Source: Vulcanimicrobiota bacterium
GTDB lineage: Bacteria > Vulcanimicrobiota > Xenobia > Xenobiales > JADMJV01
DNA length: 64,000 bases
Direction: 5' to 3'
NCBI GenBank assembly: GCA_050250895.1
Contig: JBFWNU010000001.1
Span: forward strand, 3,848,992-3,912,991
Shown: positions 9,786 through 18,883 of the stretch, piece after piece
How positions within the stretch are numbered: the stretch's first letter is position 1
Layout of the letters: the number at the start of each line of letters is the position of its first letter
Translations under genes and position numbers: made by a program
The notes under the pieces: generated by a model
Databases searched by the model: none
Told to the model about the DNA's origin: nothing
The model's input: only the letters and a program-made list of their open reading frames with translations

Positions 9786-10235
9786 TTAATTTCGGCTTTT
9801 GAGCCAGTGGACGTAGCCCAACTCGGGGGCAGGGTTCGGGCAAGCGGGACCGGTCGGACCCAGCCAATACTCCTGCCCTTTAGAATCGGAGTCGTAGGCG
9901 CCGGCCAGTTGATGGCCCGGGCAGGTCGGAATCTGCCTTAGATAGTCCGGCGTCAACAAGCTCAACCGGGCCGGAGGAGCTTGAAAATCCGCAGCGTACA
10001 ACTCGACTGCCACGGCCAGGTTCTTGAGATTGCTCTGGCAGGCCCGTTGACGGCCCTCGAACATCAGGCGATCGGCCCGATAGGCGCCATAGGTGGCAGC
10101 CAGAGGGAGGGCGACCACCTCGAGGCCCACCACCACGGCCAGTTTGATCGCTGGGGTCTGGCCGCGGGTCAGGCCCAGGGCCACCACGGCGGCGCTGCCG
10201 GTGATCAGCAGAAAGAAAAAGGCGGCCGTCATCAT
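9786..10235 (-). CDS. Membrane protein with pilin/pseudopilin-like 'ACQSNLKNL' domain
   Basis: Two TM segments then RACQSNLKNLAVAVELY...YLRQIPTCP. Confidence 0.7.
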   Translation of the reverse strand: MMTAAFFFLLITGSAAVVALGLTRGQTPAIKLAVVVGLEVVALPLAATYGAYRADRLMFEGRQRACQSNLKNLAVAVELYAADFQAPPARLSLLTPDYLRQIPTCPGHQLAGAYDSDSKGQEYWLGPTGPACPNPAPELGYVHWLKSRN

Positions 10236-10268
10236 ACGGCCGCCTTTTCGGCGCTCCGGCTGGGTGTC

Positions 10269-11342
10269 CTAGTTAAACGACAACCCGTAGCGGTTGAAGC
10301 AATACATGGGCAGTTGCTGTTCGAGTTGCTCGAGCATCGCCCCCGGCAACTGGGTCTGCTCGGGATAGATGCAATGGGCCAGCTCAAGGCCCTGATAGAT
10401 GGTCTCGCCAGCGACGACGAATCGCTGCAGAGTCTGTTGGACGCGGCTCTTGATCACGGTGAGCATGGTCTCGATGTGGTCCTCGGGGGACTGCTCGGCC
10501 AGGATGATGACAAAGGTCTGCTCGTCGATGCGACCCAGCACGTCGCTGCCCCGAAGCAATCCGGCCAGGCGTCCAGCCGCGAAGCTGAGCACCCTGGGAG
10601 AGGCATCCGGTAGCGACACTCCGACCAGGGCTACTCGCTGGCGATAGCGCTGGGCTCGCTTGATCAACAAATCGAGCAAGTGGAACGTCAGAGCCCGGTT
10701 GGGAAGACCAGTGATGGGGTCGTCTAGTCGTTGCAGGGTTTCGTGGGCCAGATGAGCCTCGACCCGCGAGGCGCGTTCTTCGGCGGCCCGCACCCTTCGC
10801 TCGGCCAGTAACCATTCGCTCTCGGCCAGGTAGGCTCGCTCTTCCGCTGTCTCGACCTGGGCCTCGAGGTCGTTGGTGCGTTGGCGCGCTCGCGCCAATT
10901 GGGCTTCGGCTCGCCTCAGTTCCTCGTGTAGCTCTTCGCAATCCAGGCGAAGCAACAGCCTCGAGCTGGCTTCCTCCGCTTGCTCCTCGGCAAAGGCCAT
11001 GGCCTCGCGCACGTTCGCCCGGGCGTGATCAAGGCGCTCTTCCATCTCGCGAATGTGTTCTTCAAGACGCCTGGTCTGGGCTCGCGACACTTGCATCTCT
11101 TTGGCCGTGCAGTACGGCGTCAGGGTCACCAGGAGCGCCGGATTGCCGTCCCAATCGAACATCTGCAAGCGCACCTGTTCCTGGCCAAGGCGCGGCAACA
11201 CGGTGCCCGTCAACCTGCCCAACGGCTTGCCCAAAAAACTGGCCGCGGCGGGATTGGCATAGCGTATCTTTCGGGCTGCATCAACCACCATGACGGGGTC
11301 GGGCAGGCTCTCGAGAATGCGAACGGAGTCAGTCTTCTTCAT
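10269..11342 (-). CDS. PAS + coiled-coil + degenerate GGDEF protein
   Basis: ILESLPDPVMVVD..YANPAA PAS start; DPITGLPNR; active-site position reads GRIDEQTF. Confidence 0.8.
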   Translation of the reverse strand: MKKTDSVRILESLPDPVMVVDAARKIRYANPAAASFLGKPLGRLTGTVLPRLGQEQVRLQMFDWDGNPALLVTLTPYCTAKEMQVSRAQTRRLEEHIREMEERLDHARANVREAMAFAEEQAEEASSRLLLRLDCEELHEELRRAEAQLARARQRTNDLEAQVETAEERAYLAESEWLLAERRVRAAEERASRVEAHLAHETLQRLDDPITGLPNRALTFHLLDLLIKRAQRYRQRVALVGVSLPDASPRVLSFAAGRLAGLLRGSDVLGRIDEQTFVIILAEQSPEDHIETMLTVIKSRVQQTLQRFVVAGETIYQGLELAHCIYPEQTQLPGAMLEQLEQQLPMYCFNRYGLSFN

Positions 11343-12291
11343 CTCTAACCTCCCTCTTGCAACTTGAGGCCACCACTTCCATCAACTCTTTGCCGAAGGG
11401 GTCAACGAAGATATAGCGCTTGCAACCGCGGATGGTGGGTCGGGTGAGCATGTCTCCCACCAACGACCGGGTGCTGGCTTCGCCGGCCCTGTCCACCAGA
11501 CCGCGCACGCCCTCAAAGCGGTACTCTACCAGATTCCCTGAAGGCTCGCTAAGACGCACCGTCAGGCCCTTCGAGTTGCGTTCATAGCCTCGCAGTCGAC
11601 CCTCGTGCCCACTGCCGGTGAAATACTCGTGGGACGGTTCTACCTCGAGCGGCACATCGGGAGCATAGGCATCTTCAAAATGTAACTGGTGGTCGATGGG
11701 AGCGTTCTGGCGCTGACGGGCGATTTTTTCGTAGCGGCGCAGGGCGAGCCGGTTTTCGGGGCTGACGCGGACAAACTGTAGTCCGACCTTGAACAGGTTA
11801 CGCAGCCATTCTTTGCACCACACCACCTGGGCGCAACATTCGATGGGGGGCAAGCTGTCGACATCAAACTCCAGTCGCAGCAACACCGAGGCCCCGTGGG
11901 CCACTGCCTCGGGCAAGACCAGTTGCAGACCGCCCTGACTGAAGTCAAGGGTGTTGGTCCGATAGCCCGGCAGGTCTTTCGAAACCACGCAGAGTTGGCA
12001 TTCGACGCGTTGGTAGGCTCGCAAGGCGGTGTCGTCGTGCCCTGTCTGGCCCCAGGCTGGCAGAGGCTCGTTTCCCAAGAGCACTGCCACCAGGGCAAAC
12101 CCACCTCCGGTCAGGTTGCGGCAACTCTCGACGACCACTTGCATGGGGCGGGTGCGACTGGCATCGGGTAGATTGATGCGGACCATCAAGATCTTCCCGC
12201 GTGCGTAGAAGCGGTCCGACCGCAACACCAACAGTCTCTGTTCACCGTCGAGGTAGTCGACAACCGGACCGGCAAGAAAGTCTAAAAGCAT
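11329..12291 (-). CDS. PilZ domain protein
   Basis: RAYQR (RxxxR) and DFSQGG (DxSxxG) motifs; overlaps the downstream PAS-GGDEF gene. Confidence 0.85.
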   Translation of the reverse strand: MLLDFLAGPVVDYLDGEQRLLVLRSDRFYARGKILMVRINLPDASRTRPMQVVVESCRNLTGGGFALVAVLLGNEPLPAWGQTGHDDTALRAYQRVECQLCVVSKDLPGYRTNTLDFSQGGLQLVLPEAVAHGASVLLRLEFDVDSLPPIECCAQVVWCKEWLRNLFKVGLQFVRVSPENRLALRRYEKIARQRQNAPIDHQLHFEDAYAPDVPLEVEPSHEYFTGSGHEGRLRGYERNSKGLTVRLSEPSGNLVEYRFEGVRGLVDRAGEASTRSLVGDMLTRPTIRGCKRYIFVDPFGKELMEVVASSCKREVRDEED

Positions 12292-12484
12292 GATTGGTGC
12301 CCCTTCCGTCGATCGCCCTACCCAATTAACTTACCCCGATGTCCAAGATTTTACTCTGTTCGAAAGGAATCTTTTTCTCGAGGTAAGAATGAAGCCGGCT
12401 TTTTGGGTTGGCCTGGAACGGCGCTGGGTAGCGACGTGCCGGTCCGGCAGGAATAAGCCTGCCCCGTGTGCGACGTTACCCGCC

Positions 12485-13351
12485 ATGAAAAGATACCTTT
12501 TGCTGATGCTTACCACCCTCGGATTAGCGGCCATGGCCTCTCCTGGCGCCGGAAACGTCGAGCTGGCCGGGGTTCGCTGGCAATCCTGGGAAGAGGCTCA
12601 GGGGCGGGCCCGGCGCGAAGGCAAACCGATTCTGCTCTTTGATATGGTGGGGCGCCTCGACGAGCGCTGGTGCTGAACCAACGCACGCACCGTGAGGGCC
12701 GTGCTGCTCTCCGACACCAAAACCGCTCGCTATCTCGATGAACATTTCATCCTGGCCTGGAATAGCGTCAGGCCCGCTCCGAAAGTCAGGATCGACTTCG
12801 GCAACGGTAGGGTGCTCGAGCGCACCCTCAAGGGAAACACAGTGTTCTATGTTTGCAACAGCCAGGGGCGGGTCGTCGACGCTCTGCCCGGAGTCTATCT
12901 GCCCGGCGATTTCCGGGCCGAACTGGCGCAGAGCCTCGAGCTTTTGGCTCAGGACCCCGAACAGGTTCGTCGCCGTCACGACCAGGCTGGGGTCGCTATG
13001 GGAATGGCCATGGTCGGCAAGGGCTTCGTCGAGGCTCCACTTTTGCAGGCACTCGATGCGCCCGCCCACAAGACGGGCGCCATTCGCGACATCAGTGGCG
13101 AGCCCCATAGTCGGCAAGAGCTAGAAGCCTTGATCCCCGGCCAGGGCGAGTTGGCCGGGCGGGCGCTCCAGGCCGACTCGAAGGCCAGCCGCGAGGTCTT
13201 GCGCCCGGCCGCCCATCGTCTGTTGGCGGGGTTCTCGACCCTGCCTCGGCCGGAGGACTGCCGCCAGCAACTCTATCGCGACGTGCTCAAGGTGGACCTC
13301 GACGATCCGTATCTGGGCCTCAAGCTCGAGGGAATGCCCGGCACACCGTAA
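12485..13351 (+). CDS. Putative selenoprotein, SelN-like thioredoxin-fold, secreted (UGA 12674-12676 read as Sec)
   Basis: Signal peptide MKRYLLLMLTTLGLAAMA; WEEAQGRARREGKPILL thioredoxin-like start; TGG TGC TGA ACC AAC continues in frame into ORF 12692..13351. Confidence 0.82.
12683..12704 (+). promoter_or_regulatory. Candidate bacterial SECIS hairpin
   Basis: GCACG-CA-CC-GTGA-GG-GC-CGTGC stem-loop beginning 6 nt after the UGA, G-initiated apical loop about 15 nt downstream. Confidence 0.6.
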
Positions 13352-13382
13352 GGTTGTCGGCGCGTAATGTGAACCGAGTGCC

Positions 13383-13811
13383 TCAATCGGTTTCGCAGGC
13401 CAACAATTCGCCGCGGCCGTAGATGCCTTCTTCGACCATCAGGTAGCCGGCCTGAAGAAATTCAGGCTGGTCCTGGTCGATGCCCATCAAGATCAGGCTG
13501 TAGCCCTCGATGATCGAATCCAGACAGTCGTTCCAGCCTTGGGCCAGCTGGGGGAACTCGGCGAACGGGTTGTCGTGGACTTCCGCTTCCCACTCTTCGA
13601 GATCGGTGCGCAGCTCTTTCACGGTCTCTTCGCGGCTCTCTTCGCCGGTCATGAAGTCGTCGAGCAGCAGGCGCAACTCCTCGAGTGCGCTCTCGCGAGC
13701 CCCGTCGAGTTCCACTTCGAGATCCTCGGTGTCTAGTTCGTCGAGGTCAATCGGGGCCGGCTGCCAGGGGCTGCTGATCTCGATCTCGAGGCCGGTCTCA
13801 GGATCCAGCAT
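13383..13811 (-). CDS. Acidic helical hypothetical protein
   Basis: ATG with GAGGAG upstream; MLDPETGLEIEISS..., very D/E-rich. Confidence 0.75.
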   Translation of the reverse strand: MLDPETGLEIEISSPWQPAPIDLDELDTEDLEVELDGARESALEELRLLLDDFMTGEESREETVKELRTDLEEWEAEVHDNPFAEFPQLAQGWNDCLDSIIEGYSLILMGIDQDQPEFLQAGYLMVEEGIYGRGELLACETD

Positions 13812-14079
13812 CCTGGTTCTCCTCTTGTGGTTGCTGCTGCTGCTTGCGCTTGCGCTTGCGGCCGCGGCGTCTACGAGCCTTGCGTCCGGCCATGCGCTTG
13901 AGTTTGCGGGTCTCGACCAGTTTGCGCAAGAGCACGTTCTCGCGCTTGGGAACGCCCCGGGCGCCGCCGGCCTTCTTAGGGGTGGCCGTCTTCTTCTGGG
14001 TGGCAGTCTTCTTGGCCGCATCGGCTTCTTTGCCGTGCCGGACGTGGCCCGCGGGGTGGTGGCCACCAATCGAGGTCAT
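13798..14079 (-). CDS. Small highly basic hypothetical protein
   Basis: 93 aa, KKTAT repeats and RKARRRRGRKRKRK tract; stop overlaps start of the next gene. Confidence 0.6.
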   Translation of the reverse strand: MTSIGGHHPAGHVRHGKEADAAKKTATQKKTATPKKAGGARGVPKRENVLLRKLVETRKLKRMAGRKARRRRGRKRKRKQQQQPQEENQDAGS

Positions 14080-14188
14080 TGCTCAAGGATTCCTGTCGTC
14101 AAGCCTTTCGGCCTGCCCAAAGAAGCCGGTCAACGACCGGCTTCTGACACTTTTTCTGACAGACTCGGGCCCGAGCCTCGAGTCGTGT

Positions 14189-14638
14189 CTAGGGGGCGGG
14201 AATTTCTGGTTCCACCAGCCTGGCTAGATATTCCAAGGATTGTTGCCAGCCCAGGTAACATTGCTCAGCGGGAATGGCGGCCGGGATCCCTTCCTGGACG
14301 ATGTTGAGTTCGGTCCCGCAGCTGACGGCCCGTAGCTCGACCGTGGTGACCATCTCGCCTGGCAGATTGGGATCGTCGAATACATCGGTGTAACGGAGCT
14401 TCTCGTTGGGCACGAGTTCCTGATAAGTACCGCCGAAAGAGTGGCCGTTGCCGGTGGTGAAGTTACGAAAGGTCATGCGAAATTGGCCGCCCACCCGGGC
14501 CTCGAGCTTTTCGACCGAGCAGGTGAACCCGTGCGGAGGCAGCCAGCGAGCCAGCGCGTCGGGCTCGAGAAAAGCCCGGTATACCTTCTCGGGTTTGGCG
14601 GTCAGCACGCGATGTAGTTTTACAGTTCCAGTAGCCAT
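14189..14638 (-). CDS. SRPBCC/AHSA1-like (START-like) protein
   Basis: KLHRVLTAKPEKVYRAFLEPDALARWLPP...CYLGWQQSL; RBS AAGGAG. Confidence 0.92.
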   Translation of the reverse strand: MATGTVKLHRVLTAKPEKVYRAFLEPDALARWLPPHGFTCSVEKLEARVGGQFRMTFRNFTTGNGHSFGGTYQELVPNEKLRYTDVFDDPNLPGEMVTTVELRAVSCGTELNIVQEGIPAAIPAEQCYLGWQQSLEYLARLVEPEIPAP

Positions 14639-14825
14639 GGTTTGAGTCTCCTTTGTCTGATTAGCCCCTCCACCATGTGGTCGTTCGGCGAGCGGCTGGA
14701 TCGACATTCTCCGAAAGAAGGTGACTTCAAGGCAAGAACTCGAGACCGACGACCGACTTGCCGCCGGCCAACGGAGCAGACCAGGCGACCCGAGCCGGGC
14801 ACTTGTCCCGGCGTCGCAAAATGAA

Positions 14826-14851
14826 AGAAGCCGGCCATCCGGCCGGCTTCT
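14826..14851 (-). terminator. Rho-independent terminator after ahcY
   Basis: AGAAGCCGGCC-ATCC-GGCCGGCTTCT stem followed by a T-rich tail on the minus strand. Confidence 0.75.
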
Positions 14852-14866
14852 AAGCGGGCGGCGGGG

Positions 14867-14908
14867 GGTACTACCCCACTGCCGTCTACCGTCTGCTAAC
14901 TACCGTCT
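14867..14908 (-). repeat. AG-heptamer repeat (AGACGGT) element, copy 1
   Basis: Minus strand AGACGGT-AGTTAGC-AGACGGT-AGACGGC-AGTGGGG-TAGTACC; related copy at 61603. Confidence 0.7.
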
Positions 14909-14910
14909 GA

Positions 14911-16227
<1,317 letters not shown>

Positions 16228-16295
16228 TCAAAGGTGTATCTCGATAATAGGGGGCCGGAGGGGCCCCCGCATCCCCGTGATCGGGTAAATGACTC

Positions 16296-16323
16296 TACCT
16301 GATCTAATACCTGATTTCAGGTA
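16296..16323. promoter_or_regulatory. Candidate operator in divergent ahcY / metallophosphoesterase promoter region
   Basis: TACCTGA-TT-TCAGGTA inverted repeat (16308-16323) plus extra TACCTGAT half-site at 16296. Confidence 0.45.
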
Positions 16324-16356
16324 GGCCAAACTTCGCTCTCTGTCAAAGCCTCGCTC

Positions 16357-17001
16357 GTGCGCGTTCTCTTCATGGCCGACTTACACTGGGCGGGTCAGCG
16401 AGGGCTAGAGTGGCCTGACGAGCAGGCCGACCTGGTCTTGCTCGGCGGCGACCTGACCAACTTCTGCGGCGGAGCCATCGTCGCAAAGGTGATTGATGCG
16501 GCCGCCGCTCGCTATGGCAAAGTGATGGCTGTGTGCGGCAACTGCGACCTGCCCGAGGCCGAGGCCACCTTGCGCGAACTCGATGTCGACCTCGACGGGC
16601 GGGCCCGCGACCTCGCCGGGGTTCGCTTTCTGGGGCTCTCGGGGGGGTTGCCTTTTGGCAATTGTCCCTACGAACGCAGCGAAAACAACTATCGCGATCT
16701 GGCCGCCGAACTCTTTGCCGAGGCTCACCCCCGGCCGCTCGTTCTGGTCTCGCATCAGCCCCCGCACGGAGTGGCCTGCGATCTGACCCGAGGCCGTCAT
16801 GTAGGCTCGACCGCCCTGCGCCAGGTCATTCAAGACCATCAGCCCGACCTGGTTCTCTCAGGCCATATCCACGAAGGCATTGGCACCGATCAGGTGGGCC
16901 GCACCACCATCGCCAACCCCGGCCCCTGGATGGCCCGCCGTTATCTCACCTTCGACGCCGACTCGGCTGGGGTCTCAAACCTCGTCCTGCATCACGGCTG
17001 A
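16357..17001 (+). CDS. Metallophosphoesterase (calcineurin-like, Icc-related)
   Basis: ADLH, GGDLT, CGNCD, SHQPP, SGHIHE, NPG motifs. Confidence 0.92.
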   Translation: MRVLFMADLHWAGQRGLEWPDEQADLVLLGGDLTNFCGGAIVAKVIDAAAARYGKVMAVCGNCDLPEAEATLRELDVDLDGRARDLAGVRFLGLSGGLPFGNCPYERSENNYRDLAAELFAEAHPRPLVLVSHQPPHGVACDLTRGRHVGSTALRQVIQDHQPDLVLSGHIHEGIGTDQVGRTTIANPGPWMARRYLTFDADSAGVSNLVLHHG

Positions 17002-17011
17002 GCGCAGGCCC

Positions 17012-17992
17012 TTAGTAGCCCCGATAAGCTCCACCCTGACTCATGCTCTTCACGCCCGGCACGTTCGAGGTCGAGCCGTAGCGCGCGACGGCATACTTCA
17101 CGGCGGCCACGATGTTGTGGACGGGATTCCAGATGTCGTCATGACCGGGCGACTTGTATTGATTGAAGGTGCTGTCGATGCACTGCATGATGCCCTTGGA
17201 AGGATGCCCCGCCTTGGCGTTGCTGTCCCAGTTGTTCTGGGCGTTGGGGTTGCCTCCCGATTCCTTTTGAATCATCAGATAGATGTCTTGCTCGCGCACT
17301 TTGGACATGTCCACGCCATCTTGTTGGAGAATCTGCATCGCTTGAGCGACCCACTCTCTGACGTTGCCAGAAGGCTGGGTAGTAGGGGCCGGACCCGAGG
17401 CGGGGCCGGCCTCTTGAGGTCCGCCGCCACCCTGGGGGCCTCCGGCACCTTGGGGTCCTCCCCAGTCTTGCTGCTCGCGACGCCAGGGGGTTCGGGCGGC
17501 CGGGTTATTGTCGCCACCGGCTACCGGTGCGCCACCTTCGGCTCCACCCGCCTCGCCAGCGTTCTGCCCGTCCTGGGCCTGATCGCCGCCGTCGACCTTG
17601 GTGAGGTCCGCCTGAAGCTTGGCTAGCTGCTCTTCGAGCGCTTTTTTCTTTTCGGGATCTTTTTCGGCCTCGATCTGTTGCTGCAGATCTTGAATCTGCT
17701 GATTCAGGTCGGTCTTCTGTTGCTCGGGAGTCTTGGGTGGGTCAGATTCTTTGGCCTTCTCGCCCTGGTCCGCAGCCCTGGCCTCTTCAGACTCAGGCCC
17801 GAAGTTGCCCTTCAGAGCGTCGACATGCTTGGAAAGGCCGGGTTCCTTTTTCTCGCCTTGCGTGTTCGTGAGGGAGACTTTCTCCTCGGGGGCGGCCTTG
17901 GGGGCCTCTTTGGGGGCTGGCGTCTCGGTCTTCTTCGGCTGGACCGGCCGGGCTTGGGTCGTTTGATGGTTGTTGACTTTGGGCGTGCTCAT
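17012..17992 (-). CDS. Lytic transglycosylase (SLT) domain protein with low-complexity N-terminus
   Basis: IQKESGGNPNAQNNWDSNAKAGHPSKGIMQ..STF catalytic region; RBS GGAGGAG; no signal peptide. Confidence 0.9.
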   Translation of the reverse strand: MSTPKVNNHQTTQARPVQPKKTETPAPKEAPKAAPEEKVSLTNTQGEKKEPGLSKHVDALKGNFGPESEEARAADQGEKAKESDPPKTPEQQKTDLNQQIQDLQQQIEAEKDPEKKKALEEQLAKLQADLTKVDGGDQAQDGQNAGEAGGAEGGAPVAGGDNNPAARTPWRREQQDWGGPQGAGGPQGGGGPQEAGPASGPAPTTQPSGNVREWVAQAMQILQQDGVDMSKVREQDIYLMIQKESGGNPNAQNNWDSNAKAGHPSKGIMQCIDSTFNQYKSPGHDDIWNPVHNIVAAVKYAVARYGSTSNVPGVKSMSQGGAYRGY

Positions 17993-18119
17993 CCAATCGT
18001 CTCCTCCGAAATTCTTGTTACCAGTAAAGCACAGGGTGGTTGCCAGACCAAGCGTTTTCAGGTTGTCATTCCGTAATAAATGTGAGCATCAGGTTGCCGT
18101 TCTTGCCATTTCGTGCCGT

Positions 18120-18509
18120 TCAGGCCAGGAGCAAGCCAACATGATCAAGGTAGGTGCTGGCCTGTTGCAAGGCTTCCTCAGCCATTCTCTGGGTGAAGAC
18201 GGCGGCCGTCTCATCGTCAGCATCTTCCCGGGCCGTCTGCAGGGTGCGCAGATAGCGGGCAATGGCCGGATCGAGTTGGCCCGGCTCGACGAAATGCTGG
18301 TAGACGAGGTGAGAGACCCCGGTATGGGTGCGGGCTTCCATCCCGACGCTGAGCAAGAGTGCCCGGGCCGCATGCAGCGCGGCAAAGTAGGCCCGCGACA
18401 CCGCGCCTTTCGTCTTGTCGTGGTCTAGCAACAGGCGCGCTTCCTCCAAGGCCTCCCGGGCCTCGCTCCATTGCTGGGCCTGATTGTGGCGGCGGTTCTC
18501 TTCGGTCAC
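18120..18509 (-). CDS. HEPN domain protein (UPF0332-like)
   Basis: AVSRAYFAALHAARALL, THTGV, REDAD motifs; coupled to upstream MNT. Confidence 0.9.
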   Translation of the reverse strand: MTEENRRHNQAQQWSEAREALEEARLLLDHDKTKGAVSRAYFAALHAARALLLSVGMEARTHTGVSHLVYQHFVEPGQLDPAIARYLRTLQTAREDADDETAAVFTQRMAEEALQQASTYLDHVGLLLA

Positions 18510-18844
18510 AGCGGGATTCCGTCGTTGAGGATATCGCGAGCCAGGAGTCGTTCTCGGCGCACCAGTTCCTCAAAGTGGGCTCGAGCCATGATGCGGGGCG
18601 AGACCAGGAACGGAAAGCCGAGTTCTTCCTCTACACTGCAGGCCGCCTCGATGATAGCGCGGTCAAGCTTGGGGTCGCGCTGGTCGACCATGACGAAGAT
18701 GTCCAGGTCTGACCCGGCGTGGGCCTCTCCCCGGGCCATCGAGCCAAACACGCGAAACTCCAGAATGCGCTCTCCGCCCGCATCCTCGGCGCGGGACTTG
18801 AAAGTGCGAGCGGCCTGCGCGGCCAGGGGCGAAAGCGAGTCCAT
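18506..18844 (-). CDS. Minimal nucleotidyltransferase (MNT)
   Basis: FGSMARGEAHAGSDLD (GSx10DxD). Confidence 0.9.
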   Translation of the reverse strand: MDSLSPLAAQAARTFKSRAEDAGGERILEFRVFGSMARGEAHAGSDLDIFVMVDQRDPKLDRAIIEAACSVEEELGFPFLVSPRIMARAHFEELVRRERLLARDILNDGIPL

Positions 18845-18883
18845 CCCAGAGAACTTCCCCGCTGGTTCCGGCTGGCCTTCTGC

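Noticed and set aside
12674-12676. Nonsense mutation/pseudogene or two separate genes
   Set aside because: UGA falls exactly at the Sec-equivalent position after Cys, frame is preserved and a hairpin follows; recoding is the better explanation, though not proven
17012-18844. Prophage remnant (SLT plus TA module)
   Set aside because: No structural phage genes, integrase or att-like repeats nearby
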